A stretch of 64,000 nt of DNA from an uncultured Candidatus Saccharibacteria bacterium (GTDB lineage: Bacteria; Patescibacteriota; Minisyncoccia; Phycocordibacterales; UBA9973), in assembly GCA_964646765.1 (NCBI GenBank), contig CAZYIA010000004.1, forward strand, positions 77,887-141,886, read 5' to 3'. Position 1 is the first letter of the stretch, and every line of letters begins with the position of its first letter. A program made the position numbers and the translations under genes. The notes under the pieces are model-generated. The model was not told the DNA's origin. It saw only the letters and a list, made by a program, of their open reading frames with translations, and searched no databases. Positions 25,860 through 36,201 of this stretch are shown here, in pieces.

Positions 25860-25927
25860 TTTTTAGACAGAGTCGGTATACTCATTACATGAGGCCTGTT
25901 GTTCAAAATGGTGAGATGCGAGCAGAT

Positions 25928-26207
25928 GCAGTTCAGGTCGCCCTACGATATGCCGCGCGATGCGGAGCAGCATGTCCAGCGAATCTTGAATATCGCCGGC
26001 TGCCTGCTGATGGATGCGGCAGCCCTGAGCGTCATGCCTGCGTTTGCACTCGTCATGCTGACAGCCGGTATGGCGTGGGCCGGTGACCGGGCGTGGTCGA
26101 TCCAAATCGACCATCTCGCCGTGCACGCGCTGGCCGCCATATCGGTGGGCTGCATCCGCGCGTGCATGCGCTACACGACACTGGGGCAGGAAATGGAGAT
26201 TCGCTGA
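25928..26207 (+). CDS. Putative membrane protein (start uncertain)
   Basis: Hydrophobic segments; TGATG coupling to the next ORF. Confidence 0.4.
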
Positions 26208-26419
26208 TGATGACCGCAACTGCTGAAGCGCTGCACGCCATCGTGGCCGATGTCTATCGCCGTGCCCCCGGTACGATGCTGCGCGCCGCGTGCCCCATTT
26301 GCCATGCCAGAGGCACCGTGACGCATGCGGCCATCGAGCCCGGCGACGATATCGACGCGTGTCGATGCGAAGCGTGTGGCGCGGAGTGGCTGGACCGCCG
26401 CGTGCCCGAGGAACGATGA
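26207..26419 (+). CDS. Small zinc-ribbon protein
   Basis: ACPICH...CRCEACGAEW; GGAG RBS. Confidence 0.5.
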   Translation: MMTATAEALHAIVADVYRRAPGTMLRAACPICHARGTVTHAAIEPGDDIDACRCEACGAEWLDRRVPEER

Positions 26420-26546
26420 TCTCCCTGCCCACACCCCTGACCTGGTGTGGGTTTGACCGGTGGCCCCTTGCCGGTCTTTTTTACACCCCCCTCCCGTCGT
26501 GCGAAGGGCACGACGGGTCCCCTTCTCCTTGTTTGCCCCCCTCCGA

Positions 26547-26778
26547 CCTTTGCTTCCAGCGCGCGCAGCCCGGCCGCCAGCCCGACAGGGTGGCGGGCAC
26601 CCCGGCGCAGCCGGGGCCGGGCGTCTCCGGCGGGCATGTGCCCGGAGGCCGCAGGCCGGAGCCCGGCGCCGCAGGCGCCGGGGCGAGCGGTAGGCGACCC
26701 CGAGTCCCCGAGGGGGAGGCGGCGAAGCCGCCTAGCCGTATCCCGCGAGCGGTATGCCCGTCCGGGCAGGATGGTGGC
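26547..26778 (+). repeat. GNA-triloop multi-hairpin element, copy A
   Basis: Near-identical to 30897-31141 (inverted) and 57347-57602. Confidence 0.9.
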
Positions 26779-26780
26779 AT

Positions 26781-28814
26781 GTGAAGCTGTTTATCGCGGA
26801 AAAACCATCGATGGCGATGGATATCGCGCGGGCGTTGGGGAGCTTCAGGCGCGGGAACGGTTATTTCGAGACGGACAAGGGTTGCGTCACGTTCTGCATT
26901 GGTCATCTGCTCGGACAGGCGCCACCAGAGGCCTATGATGCCGGACTGGCGAAGGACAAACCGTGGACGTTCGACACGCTGCCCATAGTGCCGGCCGTCT
27001 GGCAGCACGAGGTCAACCCGAAGACCAGGGAGCAACTGGCGGTCATAGCCTCTCTGTTGAAACGCGCAACGACAGTCATCCATGCGGGGGATGCGGGCCG
27101 TGAGGGCCAGTTGATTGTCGACGAGGTGCTCCAGCATTGCGGCTTTCGTGGCCGGGTTGAACGGCTGTGGTTGCAGTCGATGACTCCTGACGCGATCCGC
27201 AAAGCGCTTGGCAAAATGAAGGACAACCGGGAGCACGCCGGTCTTTCGGCAGCGGCCACGGCCAGGGCGAGAGCCGATTGGCTGACCGGCATGAACCTCA
27301 CGCGCGCGTTCAGCATTCCCTGGAAGCGCGGCGGCAACGGCGGCGCATTGCACATCGGGCGGGTGAAAACGCCAACGCTGTGTTTCGTGGTCGAGAGGGA
27401 GATGGCAATCCGCAATTTCCAGCCGAAGGACTATTACGTGGTGCGCGCAACCGTCGCGCACCCCAACGGGACATTCGTGGCGACCTGGGAGCCCACGAAG
27501 GAGGCCGAGTTTCTCGACGCCGAGGGGCGCATCGAAAAGCGCATGGTGGCGGAAGCGATGGCCACCTGGTTTGCCGGGATGCCTGCCGAGATTCATGTGT
27601 TCGAGAAAACGGCCAAGAGCGTGCCGCCTCCCCTGCCCTTCTCGCTTGGCGATCTGCAGAAGACTGCGAACCGGCTGCTCGGTCTTTCACCGTCGGAGAC
27701 GCTGGATGTAGCGCAGGCACTCTACGAGAAACACAAGCTGACGTCGTATCCGCGCACCGATTCGAACCATCTTCCGGAGGAAGAGCACAAGCACGCGCAG
27801 ACACTCGTGGAGGCGGCACGCTCGAACTTTGGCAATGTGTGGCCCTTCAAGGGCACGCCGGACTTCTCCTTGAAGTCGCCGGCCTGGAATAGCGCGAAAA
27901 TCAGCGACCATCACGCGATCAGGCCCACGGAAACGCGTGACTACGACCTTGCGAAGCTGTCCGCAGCGGAACTGGCGGTCTACCGGCTCGTGGTCCGGAA
28001 TTTTCTTGCCCAGTTCTATCCGTATTACCGGTATGACGCGACGCGCGTCTCCGTGGACTGCAATGGCGAGAAACTGGTAGCGTCTGGACAGCAGCCGACC
28101 GATGCCGGGTGGCGCGTGCTGTTCGGCATGGACGAGGACGAAGCGCCGGCGGGAGATCCGCCATTGCCGCCCATGGCGGCGGGCGATCTGGTGGCGATCG
28201 CCGACGCGGCGGTGGACACCAGGACCACCACGCCGCCGGCCCGGTTCACCGGTGCGACGCTGATCGACGCGATGGAGCGGGCTCACCTGTTTGTCGGCGA
28301 CGCGGCGCTCAAGGCGACACTCAAGGGGGCGGGGATCGGAACCCCGGCCACGCGCGCCGCCATCGTAGACGAGCTGGTCACACAAGGCTATCTGACGAGT
28401 CAGAAGAAGCACTACCACCCCACCGACCGCGCGATGGCCTGCTACCAGGTCATCCCGCCCACGCTGCGCAAGCCGGATTCCACGGCGTTGATCGAGGACA
28501 CGCTAAGGCAGATTGAAAAAGGGGAAGCCTCGGCCGAGGCGTTCCTTGCGCAGCATGTGGCCGATATCACGGCCCTGGTCGAGACGGCGAAAACCTTGCA
28601 GCCCCCGGATTTCGGCCTTGGGGAGCGCAAGAGCCAGAGGGCAGGGAAAACGGGGCCGCCCTGCCCTGAGTGCGGCAAGCCCATGATTCAGCGTACCAGC
28701 GCGCGCGGGCCGTTCCTCGGCTGCTCCGGGTATCCGACGTGCAAGCACACGCAGAATCTGGAGCCCAGGATTGCGGGGAAAACACCACCACGACCGGGAC
28801 GGCGTGGGGCATAG
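26781..28814 (+). CDS. topB: DNA topoisomerase III (type IA)
   Basis: LFIAEKPS, AGDAGREG, GRVKTP, QALYEKHKLTSYPRTDS, GIGTPATRA, C-terminal Zn ribbon. Confidence 0.92.
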   Translation: MKLFIAEKPSMAMDIARALGSFRRGNGYFETDKGCVTFCIGHLLGQAPPEAYDAGLAKDKPWTFDTLPIVPAVWQHEVNPKTREQLAVIASLLKRATTVIHAGDAGREGQLIVDEVLQHCGFRGRVERLWLQSMTPDAIRKALGKMKDNREHAGLSAAATARARADWLTGMNLTRAFSIPWKRGGNGGALHIGRVKTPTLCFVVEREMAIRNFQPKDYYVVRATVAHPNGTFVATWEPTKEAEFLDAEGRIEKRMVAEAMATWFAGMPAEIHVFEKTAKSVPPPLPFSLGDLQKTANRLLGLSPSETLDVAQALYEKHKLTSYPRTDSNHLPEEEHKHAQTLVEAARSNFGNVWPFKGTPDFSLKSPAWNSAKISDHHAIRPTETRDYDLAKLSAAELAVYRLVVRNFLAQFYPYYRYDATRVSVDCNGEKLVASGQQPTDAGWRVLFGMDEDEAPAGDPPLPPMAAGDLVAIADAAVDTRTTTPPARFTGATLIDAMERAHLFVGDAALKATLKGAGIGTPATRAAIVDELVTQGYLTSQKKHYHPTDRAMACYQVIPPTLRKPDSTALIEDTLRQIEKGEASAEAFLAQHVADITALVETAKTLQPPDFGLGERKSQRAGKTGPPCPECGKPMIQRTSARGPFLGCSGYPTCKHTQNLEPRIAGKTPPRPGRRGA

Positions 28815-28834
28815 CGCAAGTCCCGAACGCCCAG

Positions 28835-29113
28835 TCAGCGGGCGAGTTCCTGATCGATCAGGGCGCGCACCAGCTTTGCAACGGACACGCCACGCTCTAC
28901 AGCGTGGATTTTGAGACGGCGATGAACTTCGACATCAAGCTCGAGGTTGAGGCGCATGGGCTTGAGTCCTCTTCCTCGAGTAATGGTGTCGGCCAGTGCC
29001 GCGCTTTGAATGAATTCCTCGACGCGCTTGCTGTCGCCGGCCGGGCTCTCGCTCGTGACCGGCTGTGGCTTGGGGGGTAGCTTGAAACGGGTCGTCGCAT
29101 TGCTTTGGCTCAT
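28835..29113 (-). CDS. ParG-like ribbon-helix-helix partition protein
   Basis: MRLNLELDVEVHRRLKIHAVERGVSVAKLVRALI; downstream of ParA. Confidence 0.75.
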   Translation of the reverse strand: MSQSNATTRFKLPPKPQPVTSESPAGDSKRVEEFIQSAALADTITRGRGLKPMRLNLELDVEVHRRLKIHAVERGVSVAKLVRALIDQELAR

Positions 29114-29124
29114 TGCCCACCTCG

Positions 29125-30224
29125 CTTACTCAACGTAATTACTCAACACACTTACTCAACTCAGACGCGCAATGCAATTACTCAAGATCGATAAACTCCT
29201 GCGCCAATAGCTGTATCTCCGCCTTCGCCTGGCTGTGATCCGTTTCGACCACGCCACGACCGTCCGCCATCGCCCGCTTGTAGACCTGTCGTGAACGGAT
29301 GATGGTGTTGGCAAGCTTCAATTCCGAGAAGTCCCGAAGCAGTTCCTGTGCTTCCGCCGTCTCCGAAACCAGCGGGTTGGGAGACGCCATCGACAGCACG
29401 GCATAGGCTTGCATGTCGGGGTTGTAGACCTTGGCCGTCTTGATGATCTCGTTGACGCGCGGCATGGTTTCCAGGTCGGGCTGAGAAGCGCCGGTCGGCA
29501 CCAGAATGAGGTCGGCAACGGTTGCGGCAGAACGCATTTCGATGGAATCGCGGCCGCCGGCGTCCACGATGACGACCTGGTGTTTGAGGTCCAGGTCCCG
29601 CAGCGTGTGCGCGACGTTCCCGGTGCGCTGGATGCAATGGATCCGCGGCGTAATGCCGGCCTCGTCGCGCCGGTCGACAAACTGGATGCAGGTGCGCTGC
29701 GTGTCGGTGTCGACAAGCACCAGATCTACGCCGTTCACCGCAAGGTACACCGCGAGGTTCAGGGCAATCGTCGACTTCCCTACCCCGCCCTTCTCCGCCT
29801 CGACAACCAGGATCATTTGCCGCTCCTTGGTGTAAGCACTCAACTCAACTGAGTAAATGATACGCGCAAATGCGCAGATACACCACTCAAGTGAGTGGCG
29901 GAATTGTGTTGAGTAAACGGGTGCGACATGCCGGTGGCGCGGCCGAGCGTTTCCTGCCGTCAAAGCGTTACCGGAAACGACGGGGGCGAGCCTGGGTGGC
30001 GGGGCCACCACGTTCGTGCCTGCGCCACTGGAGTAAATGAAGCACACAAAAGCGTTGCGTAAATGCGCCATGGCGGAGGGGGGCGGCGTGGGGGAGAGCG
30101 CATGCACCGTGCGCGCGGCACGAAAACATTCCCAAAGGAGGGGCAGTGGGAGCCGCGACGCGGGTGGGGGCCGGCACCGGAGTAATCACGTTACTCAGTT
30201 GAGTTGAGTAAGTGTGTTGAGTAA
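29125..30224. repeat. TTACTCAAC / GTTGAGTAA repeats (candidate centromere/operator of the ParA-ParG pair)
   Basis: Clusters at 29125-29185, 29836-29916 and 30180-30224; exact 25-bp inverted copy 29139-29163 vs 30200-30224. Confidence 0.65.
29178..29816 (-). CDS. parA: ParA/ParF family Walker-A partition ATPase (type Ib)
   Basis: EKGGVGKST, VDTDTQ, IVDAGG; AAGGAG RBS. Confidence 0.88.
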   Translation of the reverse strand: MILVVEAEKGGVGKSTIALNLAVYLAVNGVDLVLVDTDTQRTCIQFVDRRDEAGITPRIHCIQRTGNVAHTLRDLDLKHQVVIVDAGGRDSIEMRSAATVADLILVPTGASQPDLETMPRVNEIIKTAKVYNPDMQAYAVLSMASPNPLVSETAEAQELLRDFSELKLANTIIRSRQVYKRAMADGRGVVETDHSQAKAEIQLLAQEFIDLE

Positions 30225-30634
30225 CTGCGTGGGGCGGGCTAGACGCATCCAGGCGCGTCTGCCGTATGGGTCGCACGAAAGCATTCCCGAAAAAGGGAAC
30301 GGTCGCCCAGCGGCTTCGGCATGGAACGGCGGACCAGCACAGGATGCGTGCTGAGAATAAATTCGTAAACACACTAGTGCCGGATGCCTTGAACCCGGAG
30401 CGTCGAAATTGGCCCTGAAGGTCCCGCGATCAGGGCCTGTCCGTAACTGCCATGTCGCACTCGTTCCGCGCCAGGGGCAAGTTCAATGAGAGGACGGCGC
30501 GTCATGTCATATCACATCATGCGCCCCCAAAGCAGATCAGCCCATCCCATCAAAACTTATAGCGTATCGGGTGATATGGTGCTGCTGCGCGTCCGGCCGC
30601 GAGCCGGTACCGGAAAACGGGAAAGGAGGGGCTC

Positions 30635-30889
30635 ATGGACAACAAGACGGTCGCAGCGAAAGAGGCCAGCGTGGATAGCGAGACTTTCAACTGGGGACAT
30701 CCGCGTGTTCCCTGGACGTTCAATTTGCGGCTTTCCGAGCCGCATCAGCGGAAACTCGAATTCATCCTCGCGCATCGGCGCGAGAAAAGCATGCACCAGA
30801 TGCTTGCGTCCTTGATCGAGGCGTTCATCGACACGGAAGTGGACAAGCTGCTTCAAGCGGGGGAGCGCCCGCACTCGGCGCGGAGCTGA
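30635..30889 (+). CDS. Small putative RHH DNA-binding protein
   Basis: TFNLRLSEPHQRKLEFI...SMHQML; AGGAGG RBS. Confidence 0.6.
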   Translation: MDNKTVAAKEASVDSETFNWGHPRVPWTFNLRLSEPHQRKLEFILAHRREKSMHQMLASLIEAFIDTEVDKLLQAGERPHSARS

Positions 30890-30896
30890 GGCCCTG

Positions 30897-31141
30897 CGCC
30901 GGACGGGCATACCGCTCGCGGGATACGGCTAGGCGGCTTCGCCGCCTCCCCCTCGGGGACTCGGGGTCGCCTACCGCTCGCCCCGGCGCCTGCGGCGCCG
31001 GGCTCCGGCCTGCGGCCTCCGGGCACATGCCCGCCGGAGACGCCCGGCCCCGGCTGCGCCGGGGTGCCCGCCACCCTGTCGGGCTGGCGGCCGGGCTGCG
31101 CACGTTGGCGGCGAAGGCCCAAAGGGGTCTTCAAAAACAGG
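30897..31141 (-). repeat. GNA-triloop multi-hairpin element, copy B (inverted)
   Basis: Reverse complement of copies A and C. Confidence 0.9.
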
Positions 31142-31922
31142 GGCACAGCGGCGCAGCCGCGGCACTCTCGGGCCGTCAGGACTCAGGGATATCCCCCATT
31201 CCCAGGACGCTCTTTGGGGCAGGGTTGTCCGGCTGCCAGGCTGTCCGGAGGCCGGGATTGTCGCCATGGAACAGGACAATCCACGGAATCCAGAGCGGGG
31301 CGATGGGTAACCGATCACAGTCCGCGTGTCGTCTTTACGGACAGATGTTCCTTGAACACGAACAGTAAACCTGCGGCGGGTACACGAGCGGCCCGCAGGC
31401 GATCTGAGCGACCGGCGCTTTCCCTGCGCCGGATCGGCGAGCTGGTATCGCGGGAGCCCTCAAACTGCGGACACGCTGCGTGCAGGCGGGCCAGGCGGGA
31501 AGGGCAGGGGGTGTCCTAATCCGCAGGAGCTTCCAGGGATGCTCGCGCTAACATTGAGTAAATGAAGCACTCAAATGCGCCACATGGATGAGTGCATGGT
31601 AATCCGTGCGGCCAGTACGACATCGTTACCGGAAACGGGAAGGCCGGGGATAGGGCAGGGCGATCCAAGAAGCCGGTGGCTCAGAAAGCAGGGCTCATCG
31701 GGGGCGGTATGGGGAAAGCTGGATATGGGTGGGGCGGCCAGGGGAGCAGGGCAAGCCCGAATCCGGGAAAAACATGCCGCTCTGTGCCTGCCTCGGTGAG
31801 TATGGGGCTGCCGCCGAAGAGAAGAACGGGAAGACCTTTGCGGAAGGGACTTCCCGGAGAGTCCGGGCAAAACTCGGGAGTGGGGCGCCTGGGAGGGTAT
31901 GGGGCAGGCCCGGGAAGCCAGT

Positions 31923-32651
31923 TCAAGGGCCGACGTAGTTGCCGTCCTCGTCGACATAGCTGTCCGGCAACGCTTCGCCAGGGGTGTTGTCCTCGGGGGG
32001 CAGCTCGAACAGGTCGATGTAGTCGGCGGGGTCGGGGAGGGCGGCACGGGCGGCTTCTTCGGCCGCCTGCCGCGCTTTGGCGGCTTTTTGCTGCCGCCAA
32101 AGCTCCATCCGCGCGCGATGGCGCTCGTTGATCCGGTACTGCTCGACCTGAAAGTCGGCGGTGTATTCCGCGTGCGTTTGCCGGGCGGTCGTCATGGAGA
32201 TCTGGATCGCCTGCGAGAAGCGGCCGACGAGCTTGCGCAGGCGCTTGCGGCGGTCGAGGAGGTCCTGCAGGCGGATAACCAGATACCGGACATCCGCCTC
32301 CGTGCCCCGGAACGGCCCATAACTCTTGATGTGCCGTCTTGCCTGACCCGTCGCCACGATGTCGTAGTACCGGATCTCGCGGGTCTTGCGGGTGGCGGCC
32401 GTTCGTTTCCAGGCGATGAACGTCGGCTCCGGCAGTCCACCGCCGTAGTGTGCGATGAAACGCACTTCCAGTTTGCCGGGAGCGTACGGCTGGATGCTGC
32501 GCAACAGCAGCGCTTGCTTGTGAATCAGGGCGTCCAGGCTTTCGATCATGCGGATGGCTTCCTGGATCGGCCCGAGGAAACGGGCGGCAATGGCGTCCGC
32601 CGGCACGGCCTGGTTCGCAGGTGCGGAGGGGGAGGGGGGTGTTGTTTTCAT
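31923..32651 (-). CDS. Hypothetical protein, possibly MobI-like
   Basis: Basic helical protein beside a ~780-bp non-coding tract; the MobI resemblance is only tentative. Confidence 0.45.
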   Translation of the reverse strand: MKTTPPSPSAPANQAVPADAIAARFLGPIQEAIRMIESLDALIHKQALLLRSIQPYAPGKLEVRFIAHYGGGLPEPTFIAWKRTAATRKTREIRYYDIVATGQARRHIKSYGPFRGTEADVRYLVIRLQDLLDRRKRLRKLVGRFSQAIQISMTTARQTHAEYTADFQVEQYRINERHRARMELWRQQKAAKARQAAEEAARAALPDPADYIDLFELPPEDNTPGEALPDSYVDEDGNYVGP

Positions 32652-33168
32652 GGCGGCACGAAATGGAGCACGATTACCTGATGGCATGATTGAAGCCATG
32701 CGGCACGACATGAGACGGGGGTGAATGATATGAAATCAGTTGATTAGAGTGATATGACATGACATCGTGTTCTCTACTAGTTGTTTCCTGTTTTGCCGTT
32801 GCGCCTCGCCTGCCCTTTAAGCAACTCGCCCGCATTCGGGCAATTTCGACCAAGCCGGCGGCTTGGTGCGTTGCCGGCATAAAGAAGGGCGCCCGTAAAA
32901 CGGCCGCCCTTCGCAGTGTTCTCGGCCAGATGTGACAAGACGCTTGGATCGGTCCCGTCACCATGGCCCCCATGTCAGCCCGCTTCGATGTGTTTCGTGC
33001 CGGCAGGTAATCGAATCGTGCCGGCAGGGTATCGATAGCGTGCCAGCAGGTTTGCGTGTCTGCCCAGCAGCCGAGCGTTCCCGTCGATTCTAGCGGGGCG
33101 CCGCTATAACTTTTGCGCGCCGCCCGGCACACCGGTTTAATCCGGTCATTGGATTCGTGGAGATTGCA

Positions 33169-34185
33169 ATGCACACGGTAGTCGGCTTTGACATTGGGCA
33201 CTCATCGATCAAGATCGAGGCGGCGGCGGCGAACAAGAAGCGGGTGAGCCTGCTTATTCCCTCGCACGCCTGTCCGGCGGTGCCGGTCGACGCCGTTGCT
33301 GGCCTGGACCAAGTGCGCCGAGAAACGGTTGCCGTGGACGGCCAGGACTGGTTTTTCGGCAATACCGCCTTGTGGCAGGGGCGTCATTTGCCGACCGGCC
33401 TGTCAGACGACTGGATCCAGACGCCCGAGCATACAGCGCTTTTCCTCGGCGGCTTGAAGGCGCTCAGGGATGCGGGCCTTCCTGGCGTCGATGATGCGAC
33501 GATCGTTCTGGGGCTTCCTGGTCGTACGTTCAGCACGCAGCGGCACACGCTCTTGACCCTGCTTTCCCAGTACGCGCCCGGCGCGAAGATCCATATCGTC
33601 CCTCAGCCCGCGGGGCCGTTTTATCAAGCGATGTTCACCGAGGATGGGCAGGAGAACTCGCAGCACACGATCGAGGACGAGGCCTGGGCGATCGTCGAGG
33701 TGGGGCACTTCACGACCGATACCGCACTGTTCCGGCATGGACAGTTCATCTCGTGGGCCATGGGGTCTGCGAATGGCGTGCGGGTCGCGGCCCAGGAGTT
33801 GCAGCGTATCGTTGCGGCGGCCCATGGCGTGCAAATCGACCTGGTGGAGGCGACCGAGTCGCTGCAGACCAGGCGTATCGCAAACTTCGGTAATGTCATC
33901 GCCCTGGACGCCGAAGTCTCTGAAGCTGGCCGCATCATTGCCGATCAGGTGATCCGGCACGCCGATCAGTTGCTGGCAGACGAGGCGCGCAAACTGACCG
34001 GCGTTATCCTGGCCGGCGGCGGGGCGCCGCTCGTGTATCCGATGCTTAAAGACCACTGGCCTTCCACGGTCATGCCCCACAATCCGCGTTTTTCCGTGGC
34101 TGACGGGTACTACCGGTATGGGCGTGGCCTGGCCCTGTTGCGCGAGCAATCTGAAGCGAAAGACCTCAAGCGCAAAGTCGCGTAA
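33169..34185 (+). CDS. parM: ParM/StbA actin-like partition ATPase
   Basis: VVGFDIGHSSIKI, VLGLP, PQPAG, VEVGHFTTD, LAGGGA. Confidence 0.85.
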   Translation: MHTVVGFDIGHSSIKIEAAAANKKRVSLLIPSHACPAVPVDAVAGLDQVRRETVAVDGQDWFFGNTALWQGRHLPTGLSDDWIQTPEHTALFLGGLKALRDAGLPGVDDATIVLGLPGRTFSTQRHTLLTLLSQYAPGAKIHIVPQPAGPFYQAMFTEDGQENSQHTIEDEAWAIVEVGHFTTDTALFRHGQFISWAMGSANGVRVAAQELQRIVAAAHGVQIDLVEATESLQTRRIANFGNVIALDAEVSEAGRIIADQVIRHADQLLADEARKLTGVILAGGGAPLVYPMLKDHWPSTVMPHNPRFSVADGYYRYGRGLALLREQSEAKDLKRKVA

Positions 34186-34189
34186 TCGC

Positions 34190-34489
34190 ATGGGGCGCCA
34201 CAAAAGCCCGTTCGGCCCGGTGCGCAAGCTGTACTTGCGCTATCGTGTGGATGACCCGCGTTACCAAGCGCTTCATGCGAGAATTCAGGAGATACCGGAG
34301 GGGGAGCGCAATGTCGCGCTACTCGACATTCTGGGTGCCGGATTGGCCACCCACGCCGGTGTGTCCGCCCAAAAACACAAGCTGACACCCCCCCCAACCG
34401 GCAATTCGGCGCCGTCCGTGCTGCCCGCCGCGCCCGCGCCCGCGTTTGGGCGTGGGGCGCTGAAAGTGCTTAGCGAGAACTGGGATTAA
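34190..34489 (+). CDS. ParR-like adaptor
   Basis: Small basic ORF directly downstream of parM. Confidence 0.55.
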   Translation: MGRHKSPFGPVRKLYLRYRVDDPRYQALHARIQEIPEGERNVALLDILGAGLATHAGVSAQKHKLTPPPTGNSAPSVLPAAPAPAFGRGALKVLSENWD

Positions 34490-34504
34490 CCGGAGCCGTA
34501 GACA

Positions 34505-35560
34505 ATGAAAACGCCATCCTTCCTGAAGCGCCTGTTGTCGCGTTCCACGCAAGAGAATGATCTGAAGGAGATCGATGCATCGATTCTCGATGACCCCTCC
34601 TTGTCGCCGACCGACAAGCTGACCGTGGCTTTCCTGCAGTTTCACCGTTCAAGCATGCGCGAGCGTCATGAGGACATTGCCTGGAAGCGCCGGCGGAACA
34701 TCGCACTTATCGTTTTTGCGCTCGCCGGGACGGTTGTGAGTGTCGTCTACAACGCGGACCGCATCACCAAAAGCGTCGTGCCCTACGATCACGTTGCGGT
34801 CGTCAACATTGCGGGGGCAATTGGTGACACGGCCACTGCCAAGCATGGGCCGATCAATGCCGCCCTCAAGGCGGCCTTCGAGAACCCGAGGGTGAAGCGC
34901 ATCATCCTTCGCATCAATTCGCCCGGCGGGATGCCGAACGAATCGGAGGCCATCATCAACGAAATGGGCCGCCTGAAAGCCAAGCACAACAAGCCGGTCG
35001 ACGCAGTCATCGAGAACGTCGGCGCCAGTGCAGCCTATATGATCGCGGTCCATGCAGACACGGTGTATGCCGGCAGGTATTCGCTGGTAGGGTCGGTCGG
35101 GGCCATCATCGACAGCTGGAACTTCGCGAAAATCGCGGACAAGGTCGAGGCGCAACGCATGACTTTCGTGTCAGGCAAATTCAAGGATCTGCTCAACCCG
35201 TACCGGGCTATCCGCGAGGAGGAGCGCGCGAAAGTGCAGTCGATGGTCGATAGTCTGGGGGCTGTGTTTGCCGGTGAGGTGCTTGCCCGGCGACAGGGCA
35301 AGCTCAAGCTGACCCAGCAGGAGCTGGCCACCGGCGAAGTGTGGGCGGGCGCCGATGCAGTCAAACTGGGCTTGGTGGACAAGATCGGCACGGTCGCCGA
35401 TGTCGCCCATGAGCATGGACTGGAGGCGAAAGACATGGGGCCTGCGGAAGAGCGAGGGTTCTTCGTGCCGTTCACCTCGTCGATGCTGGAAAATATGGGC
35501 GCGTCCTTGAGTCGGGGGGCGCTCTCCGTGTTGCCGAGTCCAACCGGCATCGCGCAGTAA
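34505..35560 (+). CDS. S49 family peptidase (SppA-like)
   Basis: TM helix; LRINSPGG, GASAAYMIA, SLVGSVGAI, SGKFKD, GLVDKIG. Confidence 0.88.
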   Translation: MKTPSFLKRLLSRSTQENDLKEIDASILDDPSLSPTDKLTVAFLQFHRSSMRERHEDIAWKRRRNIALIVFALAGTVVSVVYNADRITKSVVPYDHVAVVNIAGAIGDTATAKHGPINAALKAAFENPRVKRIILRINSPGGMPNESEAIINEMGRLKAKHNKPVDAVIENVGASAAYMIAVHADTVYAGRYSLVGSVGAIIDSWNFAKIADKVEAQRMTFVSGKFKDLLNPYRAIREEERAKVQSMVDSLGAVFAGEVLARRQGKLKLTQQELATGEVWAGADAVKLGLVDKIGTVADVAHEHGLEAKDMGPAEERGFFVPFTSSMLENMGASLSRGALSVLPSPTGIAQ

Positions 35561-35664
35561 TTACGCAAACGAATCAAATACTTATAATTTTTCGGGGCGC
35601 GCCCTCAAAAAACCGGTTTCAAGGTATAAAATAGTTACGAGTGTGCACAAATTGACTCGTAAGC

Positions 35665-36201
35665 ATGGAACGACGCGGCCCGGGGCGTAAACCTCGTGAC
35701 GATATCATCGAAAGGGAGATCCGCCGCCGGCAAATCGCCGGCGAGCCGATTTCCTACGGGGCTATTCGAGGGACGGTTGGAGGCAGCCCGGCAACCATCA
35801 AACGCGTGCTGCAGCGCCTTGGGTTGCTTACCGACCCGCGCGCCGACGCAGAGAAGGAGTGGCGCGCGCAGGAACGCTTGCGTGACGCCGGGGCAAAGCT
35901 GGCCGAGGCGGAAGCCTTGGTACAAGGCGCCAGGGAAGCCAGTGCCGCCATGGCGCGGGAGATCACCGGCACCCTCGGCATGGTTCGCGACGCGCATGGT
36001 ATTCTGATTCGTGAGGTCGAGGCCTTGCGCCGGACGATGGTTGAGGTGAAACGTGAACTGGCCGCGCATCGTCCGGCGCAGGTTGGCGACCCAATCCTGG
36101 AAGCAAAGCTGCGACAGGCCCATTCCGAAAACGGCCGTATGGCGCAAACGATCGAGCAGTTGAAGCGTCGGCTGTACGATGCGGGGGTGGAGGACGTTTG
36201 A
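35665..36201 (+). CDS. KfrA-N-like DNA-binding coiled-coil protein
   Basis: GEPISYGAIRGTVGGSPATIKRVL plus coiled coil. Confidence 0.6.
   Translation: MERRGPGRKPRDDIIEREIRRRQIAGEPISYGAIRGTVGGSPATIKRVLQRLGLLTDPRADAEKEWRAQERLRDAGAKLAEAEALVQGAREASAAMAREITGTLGMVRDAHGILIREVEALRRTMVEVKRELAAHRPAQVGDPILEAKLRQAHSENGRMAQTIEQLKRRLYDAGVEDV

Noticed and set aside
26254-26938. ORFs spanning the GC-rich hairpin repeat (also near 30825-31519 and 57314-57873)
   Set aside because: Pro/Gly/Ala/Arg-rich translations in many frames of a stop-poor repeat; the conservation pattern fits secondary structure, not codons.
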